A stretch of DNA of 63,945 bases, the filler included, from Candidatus Methanoxibalbensis ujae (lineage in GTDB: Archaea > Halobacteriota > Syntropharchaeia > Alkanophagales > Methanospirareceae), in the NCBI GenBank assembly GCA_026134085.1. It is 3 parts of 3 records of this genome, joined end to end, with 100 filler letters (N's around TTAATTAATTAA, not from the genome) between each part and the next. Parts side by side here need not be neighbours in the genome. Positions count along the whole stretch, not along the records: positions 1 to 24,550 come from JAOQIN010000026.1; positions 24,651 to 48,533 come from JAOQIN010000027.1; 1 more part is not named here. The stretch is one strand, 5' to 3'. Positions 20,012 to 31,301 of this stretch are shown here, in pieces (positions within the stretch are counted from its first letter, which is position 1; each line of letters starts with the position of its first letter). The notes below the pieces were generated by a model. That model saw only the letters and a list, made by a program, of their open reading frames with translations. It did no database searches and was not told the origin of the DNA. Made by a program: the position numbers and the translations under genes.

Positions 20012-22725
20012 TCACCTCCTGGAGGAAAGTGGCACTGCACATATGCAGTCATAACTTCCACAAGCTTATTAAAACTGATATGACATGGCGATGTCGGCGG
20101 CTGCATGAAATTCTCCACGCACTCAATGAGATACTCCCACGATGGACATTCAGGTATCAACCCATACTCAGCGATGAAATCGCGCTCATATTCGCCAGGT
20201 GCCGTGATGGATATCGTGATGTTCTCGCTGAGATAGCCCTCCTTGGATGCCATCAATCCGTAATCTCCGTAATTCGGGAGCATTATCTCAATCGTGTAAT
20301 CGCCTTCCTCATCTGATGTCGTGCTGGCGATCATTTCTCCATCATCATAGAGTGCGACTGTTGTGAAGGGCAACACTGAACAGTTAACCTCGCCAGTCTC
20401 TCCGGTTATCCTGACATTGACCATAACTGTATATTGAGTTACATTCTCCGCCGAATTTCCAGCGTTGTCCACTGCGACAATCGTGATGTTATAAACGCCA
20501 GGTTCTGAGGGAGCTGTTATTTTACCCTTCCATGTCTCTATGCCTATACCTCTGTCTCCAATGCCTGCAGCCTCTTGCCTTGTCAGCGGACTTCCATCCG
20601 CGGTGACCTCAGACACACCGCTCAGCGCATCAGTCACATTGACAGTCACATTGATCTCGCTTCCAACAGTCACGACATCGGGAAGCACTACATCAATTAT
20701 CTCCGGTGGCGTCTTGTCTATGCTTACTGTGACGTTCTTCATATATTCTTCGCTCTCGTTGTTTGAAGCGTTGTCCACCGAGTAGTAATAGACCGTTGTG
20801 ATACCTTCCGCGCTCACCACATCTTCAAAATCATCCTCTCCATAGACTGTTGTCCACGACTTCGTCTGAGCTCCTTCCATCATATATCTCGTGAAGTTCA
20901 CGCCCGTTCCTGGATACGGGTCATATCGGCTGAAAGTGAGTGTCACATTCTCAGACCACCATCCGCTCGCTGGTCTCTCAGGTGATGTCACAACTGTTGT
21001 GACAGGAGGTGTCACATCGGGAAGAGTCTTTGCTGTGAGATTGACCCATGTCTCATTTATGTTACCATATATGTCTGCGGTGCGTGTGCTTATCGTGTGC
21101 GTCTCTTCCATTCCGAAGCCTGTTGCGTTGTAATGGCATATGCCCTTTGACACATTCTCTCTGAACTCACCATCTATATAAACGAGCACATGCGAGAAGT
21201 CCTCATCAACGGGGTCGTCCCAGGTCCAGTTTATCCATGTTGTGCCATTCGTGTATGAGAGATTGGATATTGAGGCGGGCGGTGTGATGTCCCTCACCTT
21301 CCATATCCATGAGTGCATATCTGTTCCGTTTTCGTTTTCAACAATCACCGACACATTCCAGAGTCCTGATACCGCACTCGTGTTCGTATATTCTGACTCA
21401 TTTACTCCTGTTTCATTGAACACTTCCGTTCCGTTTATCATCCATCTGACATTCACTACCTGATCAACGGTTATATTGAACCTGCGTGATTCTCCCTCAG
21501 TGTTGTTCACAATTGATTCCTCAGGGCTCCACGATATTATCTCGGGCTCAGATGGCTGTGCTTCAATCTCAATTATCACAGTGCGGGTTCGCTCGTTGTC
21601 ATCTGGATATTCATCATTTTGTATATGCGCACTCACTGTTATGTCGTATATGCCCGGCGACAGAGAGGATGTGTCCCATGTCACATTTCCGAGATGATAT
21701 TTATCTATGAACTGCGAGTAGTTTGCGAGCTCCCACACCGTCTCGCTCACTATTTTCACAGATATATTGACGGTTTCTGGATAAGTGCCGTTGTTCTCCA
21801 CCTTATATTTTATGAAATATATCTCACCGACAGTCAGATTTTCATCAGGCGGAATAGTGCCTGTCGCATTGTCAATTCTTATTCCCGTGCCGTATGCGCC
21901 TGTGTAATCCGCTTTTATGAGGACATCATGGAAAGCCTCAAGCGACATGTTCATGAGAAGTGAGCCGTTGTTTATGTCCTGCGCCGTGACCTCATGAAGC
22001 ACAGTCCTCCTCTGCATGCCATCGGGACTGCTAGCATCAATCCGCAGCACCTCGCCCTCATTCACATCAAATCCAGCTGTGAGCTCGCACATATAATAGT
22101 TCTCAGTCGTATTCGCCTTCCATTCAATGCCCGTGTTCGTGTTCGTGATGTTCACCGATGCATTATTGCACGCGGTCCCATTCTCATAAAAGACATATCC
22201 ATGGATGAGGAAAGGCGTTGGAAGAACATATCGCACATAAAATGTGCTGTTTTTCGGCTCCGCCGTTCCGATTTCGCCACCATCTGCAAGCTCTATATTC
22301 GTGAAATTCAAAATGCTCTTCATACCCTCCCTTGCGCTCTTGTTCACGCTGAAATTTATGAGAACAACAGAGCCAGTGCTCTCATTATCTATACCGTCGG
22401 AGGCAGTGCTCACGGTCACGCGTGTGACGCCTTTTTCAACATTGAATATCAATGTATCCCATCCCTGTGTCAGTTCTCCTCGCGTGACATTCGTCACATT
22501 TATTATGCTCGCGTTGTATAACACATCAAATCTTATTGATAGAACAGGTCCGTTCGTCACATTTGTGATGTTCACAGGAACGATTGTATAACCGCCGGGA
22601 ACTCCGTAAACATCCTCATCAATGCCGAAGGCATCAGCAGTTGGTTGAGCAGCACATATAGGAATGTTTGCAGCAAGCGAGGACAACAGAATGACAACAC
22701 ATAACACAGATATCGGCTTCCTCAC
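20008..22725 (-). CDS. Multidomain secreted surface protein: N-terminal cohesin-like, CARDB/Ig/Fn3-like and carboxypeptidase-regulatory-like domains, helical C-terminal module
   Basis: GAGGTGA SD then GTG at 22725; signal peptide; VPVNITNV...FDVLYNASIINVTNVTRG..GSVVLINF cohesin pattern; many N-x-S/T sequons; no C-terminal TM helix. Confidence 0.8.
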   Translation of the reverse strand: MRKPISVLCVVILLSSLAANIPICAAQPTADAFGIDEDVYGVPGGYTIVPVNITNVTNGPVLSIRFDVLYNASIINVTNVTRGELTQGWDTLIFNVEKGVTRVTVSTASDGIDNESTGSVVLINFSVNKSAREGMKSILNFTNIELADGGEIGTAEPKNSTFYVRYVLPTPFLIHGYVFYENGTACNNASVNITNTNTGIEWKANTTENYYMCELTAGFDVNEGEVLRIDASSPDGMQRRTVLHEVTAQDINNGSLLMNMSLEAFHDVLIKADYTGAYGTGIRIDNATGTIPPDENLTVGEIYFIKYKVENNGTYPETVNISVKIVSETVWELANYSQFIDKYHLGNVTWDTSSLSPGIYDITVSAHIQNDEYPDDNERTRTVIIEIEAQPSEPEIISWSPEESIVNNTEGESRRFNITVDQVVNVRWMINGTEVFNETGVNESEYTNTSAVSGLWNVSVIVENENGTDMHSWIWKVRDITPPASISNLSYTNGTTWINWTWDDPVDEDFSHVLVYIDGEFRENVSKGICHYNATGFGMEETHTISTRTADIYGNINETWVNLTAKTLPDVTPPVTTVVTSPERPASGWWSENVTLTFSRYDPYPGTGVNFTRYMMEGAQTKSWTTVYGEDDFEDVVSAEGITTVYYYSVDNASNNESEEYMKNVTVSIDKTPPEIIDVVLPDVVTVGSEINVTVNVTDALSGVSEVTADGSPLTRQEAAGIGDRGIGIETWKGKITAPSEPGVYNITIVAVDNAGNSAENVTQYTVMVNVRITGETGEVNCSVLPFTTVALYDDGEMIASTTSDEEGDYTIEIMLPNYGDYGLMASKEGYLSENITISITAPGEYERDFIAEYGLIPECPSWEYLIECVENFMQPPTSPCHISFNKLVEVMTAYVQCHFPPGGE

Positions 22726-22828
22726 ATATATCACCTCCGCTCTTCCGATACCTCTTCCTTTATATAATAATATCGCACGCATGCACACGCCTTGAAAATG
22801 CAGCTGCAGGTGCATCTCAACGACAGCG

Positions 22829-24265
22829 TCAGAACAGCTTTCCGGGATTCATTATTCCGTTGGGATCAAGAATTTTGAGAAGCCCGCGCCATATATCCGC
22901 AAGATATCCTATTCGCTCAGTCGTGGGCTCTATAATGCCTGCGTAAGGTCTGAACCACCCGTAAATTCCTGTTTCAAGCAGCCTGTCAAACATTTTCCTG
23001 TTGTATTCACGCAGCTTCTCACCTGCATTCTCCTCCGCTCCATCATAAAATATGTCAAGCTCAATGTAGCAAAGCTGTCCGTGAAATGGATATATCGGAT
23101 TCAGGTAGAAATGCACAAAATCCTCAGGAAATCCCACTTCAACAGCAGTGCGTCTGTGCACCTCATAATATCGGGGTGCGAGATTCATCGGTCCGTATAT
23201 GCCGATACAGTGATAGTTTCCCCGCAGTCCAAAAACCATGCAGCTCTTCTCAGTGCCTCCAAGACTCTCATAGAAGAAATTCTGAGCGAATTCCTCAGGC
23301 AGCTCAAGCAGTTTTCCGCCGCTTGCTGAGATATACTTTCCGAAAATTCTGTTTTTTGCATCAAAAATCTCCTTCACATCCTCAATAAGCACGCACATGA
23401 CAAATTTTGGAAGCAGATTGTAATCATAATCATATGTGCCGCATATCCCTTTCAGCCAGCTCTGATTGTCAACAAGCCGCAGACTTGTCACTAAATTGTC
23501 GTTCATCGCGTTGTAAATGAGAGGTAAAGCGTCGTCTAAGCGATCAAATCCTATGAAATACGCTTTTTTATTCTCGTATATGCGATATAATCTCGCTGTG
23601 AGCTCCACAACTACGCCGCATGTGCCCGGATGAGAGCAGAGGACCCCCGTGAAGTCCGGTCCAACGCCGTATCTGAAATATGGCATCTCAGACAACGCCC
23701 TTGAACCCGTTCGTATGATTTCTCCATTCGGAAGTATCATCTCGTATGAGAGCACATGGTCATGTCCGTCGGCGGCGGATGTCTGATAGATTCCTCGCAG
23801 ATAATAGTTGGTGAGAACTCCCACGGTCAGCGGCGCATCGGGAAATGAAGGTCTGAGGTTGAATTTTCGGGTTTTCTCGTACAGCATTCCGAATGTAACG
23901 CCGGGCTCAACAGTCGCTGTCTTCATATCCTCATTTATCTCAATGCGGTTCATCCTTCCGAGATCCAGCAGTATGCTGCCATCATGAACTGGAATGGCAA
24001 GACCTCTTATGTTTATGCCCGTGCTCAGCGGAACAACAGGCACTTTCTCAGCGTTCGCAAGCATCAAAACACGCCTCACTTCCTCCTTCTCCGCAGGTCT
24101 CACCACAATTGAAGGTCGCTTCGGTGGAACAAAATGCCAGTGTTGATCTCTTGAGTAAGATGCGCATATCGCAATATCGTCAGTCGCATGCTCATCCCCC
24201 ACAATCTCCTTCAATTTATGAAGAATGTCCCCTCGCATAACGCATCCTCCATTATTTCTGTTCAT
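22829..24265 (-). CDS. FAD-binding oxidoreductase (GlcD/VAO-PCMH family)
   Basis: PSIVVRP, ILLDLGRMN, VEPGVT, GPDFTG and C-terminal DPNGIMNPGK motifs. Confidence 0.9.
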   Translation of the reverse strand: MNRNNGGCVMRGDILHKLKEIVGDEHATDDIAICASYSRDQHWHFVPPKRPSIVVRPAEKEEVRRVLMLANAEKVPVVPLSTGINIRGLAIPVHDGSILLDLGRMNRIEINEDMKTATVEPGVTFGMLYEKTRKFNLRPSFPDAPLTVGVLTNYYLRGIYQTSAADGHDHVLSYEMILPNGEIIRTGSRALSEMPYFRYGVGPDFTGVLCSHPGTCGVVVELTARLYRIYENKKAYFIGFDRLDDALPLIYNAMNDNLVTSLRLVDNQSWLKGICGTYDYDYNLLPKFVMCVLIEDVKEIFDAKNRIFGKYISASGGKLLELPEEFAQNFFYESLGGTEKSCMVFGLRGNYHCIGIYGPMNLAPRYYEVHRRTAVEVGFPEDFVHFYLNPIYPFHGQLCYIELDIFYDGAEENAGEKLREYNRKMFDRLLETGIYGWFRPYAGIIEPTTERIGYLADIWRGLLKILDPNGIMNPGKLF

Positions 24266-24550
24266 GCTTTTATTATATTGCGCTTATATCGCTCATTTCG
24301 GAAGCCATCTGTGATGTCGGGAACACCATGCAGCACTCAAACAATGAGGGCCTGTTCATAGCTTGGCAGCCTCCATCCTGCACTGTGAAGAAGTTATGTT
24401 CACAAGCCCGATGCCACCCATCTCACCTTCCTCAGCGGTCTTTTCGGGTGGCACATTTTCAGGAGTCCTAGAGTTCAGCGAAGCAATCCCATCCGCGTTG
24501 CAGTCCAAACTGCATAATCTTTCTCCCGACTCCTCCACCCCCGCACATGC

Positions 24551-24650
24551 NNNNNNNNNNNNNNNNNNNNNNNNNNNNNNNNNNNNNNNNNNNNTTAATT
24601 AATTAANNNNNNNNNNNNNNNNNNNNNNNNNNNNNNNNNNNNNNNNNNNN
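24551..24650. other. Artificial contig linker (N44-TTAATTAATTAA-N44)
   Basis: 100-nt N spacer with a six-frame stop cassette. Confidence 0.97.
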
Positions 24651-24679
24651 CCGTTTCCATGAGCTCCATTAGCATCCAT

Positions 24680-24950
24680 GAGCTCCATTAGCATCTCAGG
24701 AGAAGCATTTGGTATGAGCTTTCTCGTCTCGTCAATTATAAGGTCTAATAGCTCTAACAGCACCTTCCCCATAAGGGGCTGTGAGTTTTCTTCTGCTATG
24801 ACATCAATATTAATATTAGCTGAGCGCTCCTTCTCAATATTTACTACTCCATAAATAGGTTTCTTTTCCACTTTATTGTTCGCATATCTCACTTTCACTT
24901 CTCGCATCTTCCTTAATCCAAAGTTTTACCTTCTCTATCACCTTCCCCCT
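24680..24950 (-). pseudogene. Remnant of a clan AA (retropepsin-like) aspartic protease gene
   Basis: Fragments KVIEKVKL, LRKMREVKVRYANNKVEKK, QPLMGKVLLELLDLIID and LIPNASPEM; catalytic DTG segment absent. Confidence 0.45.
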
Positions 24951-25411
24951 CCCTGTTTTCTCCTCTGTATCTTTAAAGTCTTGCATACCGGGTTTTGCAA
25001 TGCTGGGGGATATGTGAAGTCCCGCCTTGCGAAATTTGAGCGAGCCTCATTCAGGCTGAATGGCGAGTGGCGAGAAACGAAGTTGCGAGGAGTTCTGCCG
25101 AAGCCCGCTTTTTTTGATACCTTTTTTTCTTCTTCTGAAAGCCTTTGATGTTTTTGAGGATCGCAATCCCACACACTTTTTTCCTCCATTCTTGGATTCT
25201 TGGAGCCCGGTTCTCAAACACCACCACGAGAAGGAATATATATTCCCATTGAGGATGCGGAGAAGGAAGATAGCCACTGTTCCTTCCACTCCACAGCAAC
25301 GCGGATAAGCAATAGAAAGAGAGGGGTCATTATCAGGAGAAAGGAAAGCAGGAGAAGAGCCTTTGGAAAGGGCAGTCAATGGAGAAGCCTTGACAAATCC
25401 TGTGGATAGTG

Positions 25412-26890
25412 TCAAATCCCGGACATCAGAGCATTGATTACATCTTCCGTGCGTTTTTTGAATTCTTTGATCTGTTTCAGCATATCCTCTCTGCTTCTTG
25501 CCTCACATGTTATTCTGATCAACGGCTCTGTGTTTGATGCTCTGATGAGAACCCAGCCCTGTTGTTCGCTGCCATCGCCTATGACGATGCGTATGCCATC
25601 TGTAAGTTCCACATTGCCGAACTCCGCGGTCAATCTCTCCTCAAGCGTGCGCATCACCTCAAATTTTATCTCATCGGGGCATTTTATGTTCTCCCTGTGC
25701 TTGTGGAATTTTGGCAGCTCATCTATGATTTCCGACAGCTTTTTATCTGTGTCTGCAAGGACATCAGCCATTTTCAAAGGCATCAGCATTGCATCGTCAA
25801 ACGGGAAAATCTCAGGAATTACGAAATGACCGCTTGACTCAATGCCCAAGACAGCTTTAAACCGTGAGGCTTCTCTCGTCAGAAATGTGTGACCGACAGG
25901 TATTCGCCGCACAACTGCGAGACGCCCGATCTCAGCATCAATAAGCATTGAACACTCAACATTCGCAAGCACCACCGCATCTTTTGCATCTGTTTCACCT
26001 ACACTGCGAAGAATCTCCCTCGCCACCACGACACCTGCCTGCTCAGCGCTCAAGACCCTTCCGCGGTCATCAACGAATACAACGCGGTCCCCATCTCCGT
26101 CAAAAGCTGCGCCAAAATCTGCATTCTCGCGCAGAACAGAATCACGAAGCGCACTGAGATTTTCAGCAGTCGGCTCAGCAGGTCTGTTTGGGAACCGGCA
26201 GTCGGGATTTGGGAAGAGCACATCAACATGCTCAACACCAGCTTTCTGCATTACATCCAGCGCGACAGTGCCCATACAGCCGTTTCCACAGTCAAGAATC
26301 ACTTTCCCATCATAATGAATGTCAAACAGCGATGCAAGATGCTCCACATATTCCTCCTTCATGCTTATCTCGTGATGATCGCCCACTTCCTCCCAGTGGC
26401 TGCTGCCATCTGATGATGCTGACAGGACAGTATCCCGCAAGGTCCTCATGTCATCATCTGAGAATGCGATTCCTTCTCCGTAATACAGCTTCAATCCGTT
26501 CCATTCGGGAGGAAGATGAGAAGCAGTGATGAAGGCAACTATGTCTTTTTTCAGCTTCCATCCTGCGAATGCGCATATGCCAAATGTTGAAACCCCTATA
26601 TCTGTCACATCAAGCCCCGAAGCTAGCATGCCAGCGGTGAGCGCGTTTGCAAGCGCACCTGATGTATTCCGAATATCACAGCCCACAACAACACGCTTCC
26701 ATCCTCTATCATGACCGAGCGCGCCAAGCCCGAGACCTATTTTCAGAAACACCTCTGCTGAGATGTCCCTGTTGTATATACCCCGTATATCATACCTCCT
26801 GAAGATGAGAGGAGATATCATGTTTCTATCTTTGTCCTCTTTTTGTTTTTCTCCTCGTCCCCTCATGTCCATTGTCCATACCACTGTCAT
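25412..26890 (-). CDS. Phosphomannomutase/phosphoglucomutase
   Basis: FRRYDIRG, ITASHLP, FDGDGDR and RASNTEP motifs; true start may be 26821. Confidence 0.95.
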   Translation of the reverse strand: MTVVWTMDMRGRGEKQKEDKDRNMISPLIFRRYDIRGIYNRDISAEVFLKIGLGLGALGHDRGWKRVVVGCDIRNTSGALANALTAGMLASGLDVTDIGVSTFGICAFAGWKLKKDIVAFITASHLPPEWNGLKLYYGEGIAFSDDDMRTLRDTVLSASSDGSSHWEEVGDHHEISMKEEYVEHLASLFDIHYDGKVILDCGNGCMGTVALDVMQKAGVEHVDVLFPNPDCRFPNRPAEPTAENLSALRDSVLRENADFGAAFDGDGDRVVFVDDRGRVLSAEQAGVVVAREILRSVGETDAKDAVVLANVECSMLIDAEIGRLAVVRRIPVGHTFLTREASRFKAVLGIESSGHFVIPEIFPFDDAMLMPLKMADVLADTDKKLSEIIDELPKFHKHRENIKCPDEIKFEVMRTLEERLTAEFGNVELTDGIRIVIGDGSEQQGWVLIRASNTEPLIRITCEARSREDMLKQIKEFKKRTEDVINALMSGI

Positions 26891-27000
26891 ACATCAGATA
26901 CATCAGGCGGATGACCGGGTGGAGGCGGGAAGCAAACGCATAAGTTTTATTATTCTGCGTGCGGAAGGAGGGGAGAGCTGAAAGGGAGTGAGGAGACGGT

Positions 27001-29109
27001 ATGATATGGCTTGCGCCGTTTGCAGGTGTTGTTGCAATAGTGTCTGCGGGATTCTTCGCATACTGGACGCTGAAGCAGCCCAAGGGCGACGAGAATATGA
27101 ATGCTGTTGCTGAAGCCATTCAGGAGGGGGCTTCCGCATATATGCGTCGCCAGTTCAAAACAATTGCAGTCGTCGCTGTTTTAATTGCGCTTGTTCTTGC
27201 GGTTGCGCTTTCGCGGGCGAAAGGATTTCAAGGATTGGACTCCGTAAGAGTTGCTATTGGCTTCCTCGCAGGCGCTTTCTTCTCAGCGCTCGCCGGCTAC
27301 ATCGGAATGACCGTCTCAACGCGCTCAAATGTGAGGGTTGCGGAAGCTGCGAGGAGGGAAGGACTGCGAAAGGCGTTTGCTGTCGCATTCAGGGGGGGAG
27401 CTGTCACGGGCTTCTCAGTGGTCGGGCTCGCGTTGCTCGGCATCTCACTTTTCTACATCGCCTACGGAGGTCTTTCCGCTGAAACCGCAGTCCATTCTGT
27501 TGATCTTGCAGTCGGCTTCGGCTTCGGCGCATCGCTGATATCTCTTTTCGCGAGGGTTGGCGGAGGCATTTACACGAAAGCTGCGGATGTCGGCGCAGAC
27601 CTCGTGGGAAAGGTTGAAGCGGGAATACCCGAGGATGATCCGAGAAACGCAGGCGTAATCGCTGACAATGTAGGCGACAATGTGGGAGACTGTGCGGGAA
27701 TGGGCGCCGATCTATTTGAGACATATGTCGTCACGGCAATCGCTGCAATGCTCATAGGCGGTTTAATCGCTGATAGGATGGGTGAAATAGGCATAAAAGC
27801 AGTGCAATATCCGCTGATACTCGGTGCAATGGCTATATTCGCCTCTGTTATAGCATCTTTCACAGTTCGTATGGGCAAAAAGGAGAATATAATGAGCGCG
27901 ATGTATTGTGGTATCGCAACATCCGCTCTGTTGAGCGCTGTCCTGTTCTATGTTGTGACGGTTTTCATGTTTGGCGGAGGCATTGTTCCTCTTTCAATAT
28001 TTGTTTCCGCAGTCGTCGGCATAGTGATAATGGTGTTTATGATTATTGTGACGGAGTATTTCACACAGATGCACTCTCCAGTGCGCTCAATTGCAGATGC
28101 GAGCAAGACAGGCGCTGCCACAAACCTCATAATGGGACTCTCTGTTGGAATGCTTTCAACGGGACTTCCTGTTTTGATAATATGCGTGGGAATTCTTGCG
28201 GCTTACCTCTCCCCTTTCACGGCGGCGATTGCTGCAGGAGCAACTGAAGAAGTCGCGATGTTGATAGGTCTATACGGCATCTCCATAGCTGCGGTCGCGA
28301 TGCTTTCAACGACGGGCATGATAATCTCGCTTGATTCTTACGGTCCTATAACTGACAACGCAGGAGGAATTGCTGAGATGGCATCTCTACCCGATGAAGT
28401 GCGTGCGATCACAGACAAACTGGATGCCGTCGGAAACACAACGAAGGCTGTTACAAAGGGATATGCGATCGCATCAGCAGCGCTCGCAGCCCTCGCCCTG
28501 TTCTCAGATTATCTGCATAAGGTTGGACTCACCGCAGAGAAATTCAGCCTTTTCGACCCATATGTGCTCGTCGGTCTTCTTCTCGGAGGGTTGCTGCCTT
28601 TCATTTTCAGTGCGGTGACGATGCGAGCGGTCGGGAAAGGAGCATTTAAAGTTGTTGAGGAGGTTCGCAGGCAGTTCAGAGAGATAAAAGGGCTGTGGGA
28701 GGGGGAGGCAAAACCAGAATACGGGAAGTGCGTTGACATAGTCACTGCTGCTGCGCTCAGGGAAATGGTGATACCAGGGCTTATTGCGGTTGTTGTGCCG
28801 CTTGCTGTCGGATTCATTCTCGGATCAGTGGCTCTTGGAGGTCTGCTGATAGGTGTTATCGTGTCTGGATTGATGCTCGCACTGATGATGGCAAATGGAG
28901 GAGCCGCATGGGACAACGCGAAGAAAATGATTGAGGACGGCTATCTCGGAGGAAAAGGGAGCGATGCTCATAAAGCCGCTGTCGTCGGAGACACTGTCGG
29001 AGATCCCTTCAAGGATACCGCAGGACCTGCAATAAACCCGCTTATAAAGGCAATGAACATGGTCGCCATACTGTTCTCCTCGCTCTTCATCGCCTACGGC
29101 GGAATATAA
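27001..29109 (+). CDS. hppA: Membrane pyrophosphatase, K+-independent H+-pumping type
   Basis: [34 protein letters not shown] and [10 protein letters not shown] motifs. Confidence 0.97.
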   Translation: MIWLAPFAGVVAIVSAGFFAYWTLKQPKGDENMNAVAEAIQEGASAYMRRQFKTIAVVAVLIALVLAVALSRAKGFQGLDSVRVAIGFLAGAFFSALAGYIGMTVSTRSNVRVAEAARREGLRKAFAVAFRGGAVTGFSVVGLALLGISLFYIAYGGLSAETAVHSVDLAVGFGFGASLISLFARVGGGIYTKAADVGADLVGKVEAGIPEDDPRNAGVIADNVGDNVGDCAGMGADLFETYVVTAIAAMLIGGLIADRMGEIGIKAVQYPLILGAMAIFASVIASFTVRMGKKENIMSAMYCGIATSALLSAVLFYVVTVFMFGGGIVPLSIFVSAVVGIVIMVFMIIVTEYFTQMHSPVRSIADASKTGAATNLIMGLSVGMLSTGLPVLIICVGILAAYLSPFTAAIAAGATEEVAMLIGLYGISIAAVAMLSTTGMIISLDSYGPITDNAGGIAEMASLPDEVRAITDKLDAVGNTTKAVTKGYAIASAALAALALFSDYLHKVGLTAEKFSLFDPYVLVGLLLGGLLPFIFSAVTMRAVGKGAFKVVEEVRRQFREIKGLWEGEAKPEYGKCVDIVTAAALREMVIPGLIAVVVPLAVGFILGSVALGGLLIGVIVSGLMLALMMANGGAAWDNAKKMIEDGYLGGKGSDAHKAAVVGDTVGDPFKDTAGPAINPLIKAMNMVAILFSSLFIAYGGI

Positions 29110-29390
29110 CACCATGCCGATGTGCGCTATGCGTATTATCCTCCTCTCCCGTAATGAATACCAGAGGTGGTAGGAAAACTCCTTAAAACCACACCTGCCA
29201 GAGCCAGCAACATCGTGAAAAAAGGATCAGACGCATAGAAGCCAGGTTTCATCTCAGGCTGAAGAGAGCTGTGCAGGACCGATGGGATGATCGGGTGCTT
29301 AATGCCCCCAACAAATGAAGGAGACAGGAAAGAGACAATAAATGAGAGAATAAATGAGAGAGGACATGAGGGGAATGAGGGAATGAGGAG

Positions 29391-30443
29391 ATGGAGATCG
29401 TGAGGCGTGAGGAGATCATGCGCATTCTTGATGATTACGATGAGAAGGACATCACAATAGGCACAATAGGCAGCCACAGCGCACTCCAGATACTTCACGG
29501 AGCTCGTCAGGAGGGTTTTCGCACGCTCGTCATATGCCTGAAAGGAGTTGAGGAGCTTTATGAGCGGTTCGGCGTCGCTGATGATATATTGACCGTGAAC
29601 GATTACAGAGAGATGATTTCAGATGGATTTCAGGAAATGCTGCGCAGTCGCAATGTCATTCTTATACCGCACGGCTCTTTCGTCGAATATCTGTCAGCGG
29701 AGGGCATCGCATCCATGCGCACACCGATTTTCGGAAACAGAAAGGTGCTTGAGTGGGAATCAGACAGAAGAAAGCAGAGAGAATGGCTCGCTGCAGCAGG
29801 CATAAAGATGCCAATGTCTTTTGAGCGCGGTGACGAAATAGACAGGCTCGTCATAGTAAAACTTCACGGCGCAAAGGGAGGCAGCAGTTACTTCATAGCA
29901 TCCTCTCCCGAGGAGCTGAAACAGAAATTGAGAGACATTGACAATGCATATGAAATACAGGAATACATAATCGGAACACGCTTCTACCCGCATTACTTCC
30001 ATTCATTCGTGAGAAATAGAACAGAACTGCTCGGAATTGATATACGATATGAGTCAAACATAGATGGTCTCGCACGCATTACCCCTTTTATGACTGAAAA
30101 GATAGAACCCTCATTCGTCGTAACCGGTAACATTCCTGTGGTTGCTCGTGAATCATTGCTCCTCAAAATATTGCATGTGGGAGACGGCGTGGTCTCTGCA
30201 TCCCGCTCGCTCTTCAGCGGAGGAATTGTTGGTCCTTTCTGTGTTGAGCTCGTCTGCACAGACACTCTTGAACTCTTCGCATTTGAGATATCAGCAAGGA
30301 TAGTCGCAGGCACAAATCTGTACATAAACGGCTCACCTTATTCGCAGATACTCTTCAATGAGTCCATGAGCACTGGAAGGAGAATCGCAATTGAGATAAA
30401 AGAGGCAATTCGTATGGACATGCTTCATCAGATTGTCTACTGA
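29391..30443 (+). CDS. purP: Formate--phosphoribosylaminoimidazolecarboxamide ligase (PurP)
   Basis: GSHSALQI, IPHGSFVEY, RYESNIDG, RESLL and FEISARIVAGTN motifs. Confidence 0.95.
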   Translation: MEIVRREEIMRILDDYDEKDITIGTIGSHSALQILHGARQEGFRTLVICLKGVEELYERFGVADDILTVNDYREMISDGFQEMLRSRNVILIPHGSFVEYLSAEGIASMRTPIFGNRKVLEWESDRRKQREWLAAAGIKMPMSFERGDEIDRLVIVKLHGAKGGSSYFIASSPEELKQKLRDIDNAYEIQEYIIGTRFYPHYFHSFVRNRTELLGIDIRYESNIDGLARITPFMTEKIEPSFVVTGNIPVVARESLLLKILHVGDGVVSASRSLFSGGIVGPFCVELVCTDTLELFAFEISARIVAGTNLYINGSPYSQILFNESMSTGRRIAIEIKEAIRMDMLHQIVY

Positions 30444-30670
30444 GCTTGTACCCATCGGCACAAAGCCTCTCCTGCTCTCAAAGCGTCTTGCCACTTGCAT
30501 TGTGGCGGCCTAATCCAGCTGCACGCCAATCTTTGATCGGAAAGTGCGCTCCCACTCCAATCATGGTGCGAGCATCAATCCGGAGGCGATCATACAAAAT
30601 GCCAGACGAGATACGAGATAGAGCGGCATAAGAAGGAGCGGAGGGTTCAAATCACAACACAAGCGAGCTG

Positions 30671-31198
30671 TCAGGGCTCAACGATTATTGCGCTGTTTCC
30701 AGTGGGATCCTCAAGTATGAGCGTCATCGTCGCCTTTCCCTCTTTTATATCCTCTATTTTCCTCAGTATCTCCGCTGCACGCCTTTTCCTGGCATCTCCC
30801 TCAACGCTCCTCGCGAGCATCTCAACAATGCGCCTCACACGCTCTATGACGCCTTCAACAGTTGTTATGAAAGCTTCCCCTTTCTTGGGCTCAATGTTCA
30901 CGCCGAGCTCAGGAATCTCAATTCTCCCAGAAGACGAGCGAACAACTCTCGCGTTGAGATCACGCACAGATGATACACGCATCTCATATCTCACGCTCTT
31001 CCGCTCCGAAACAATCATAACATCAGTTGAGCGGAAACCACAGTGCCCGCATATCTCCGTGAATATGAGTATGTCGCCGAAATAGGGCACTTCATAAGGA
31101 GCAATGTTCAGCACACTTGTTCTGTTACATGCAGAACATCTCACATTCAAAGTCCTTGCTCCTCTGATACCCAATTCTCCGCCCTTTTTCGCTGTCAT
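30671..31198 (-). CDS. ZPR1 zinc-finger protein
   Basis: CxxC...VPYFG...CxxCG, RVVRSS, ITTVEG and DPTGNS motifs. Confidence 0.95.
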   Translation of the reverse strand: MTAKKGGELGIRGARTLNVRCSACNRTSVLNIAPYEVPYFGDILIFTEICGHCGFRSTDVMIVSERKSVRYEMRVSSVRDLNARVVRSSSGRIEIPELGVNIEPKKGEAFITTVEGVIERVRRIVEMLARSVEGDARKRRAAEILRKIEDIKEGKATMTLILEDPTGNSAIIVEP

Positions 31199-31301
31199 CT
31201 CACTGCCTCGCTGCCATCACACAATACTTCACACAGTTCTGTTTTTGATTTTTGTTTCTCTCTCAACGCAAGTTCCTCTCTCAACGCAACGCAGCGCGGC
31301 A

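Noticed and set aside
24300..24550. Short ORFs before the first gap
   Set aside because: No recognisable motif in any frame; truncated by the gap
25200..25409. Possible HicA-like toxin remnant (RKIATVP)
   Set aside because: Too fragmentary to support
29136..29330. KPGF plus hydrophobic stretch on the minus strand resembling PGF-CTERM
   Set aside because: No credible upstream domain or basic tail; the ORF overlaps purP antisense
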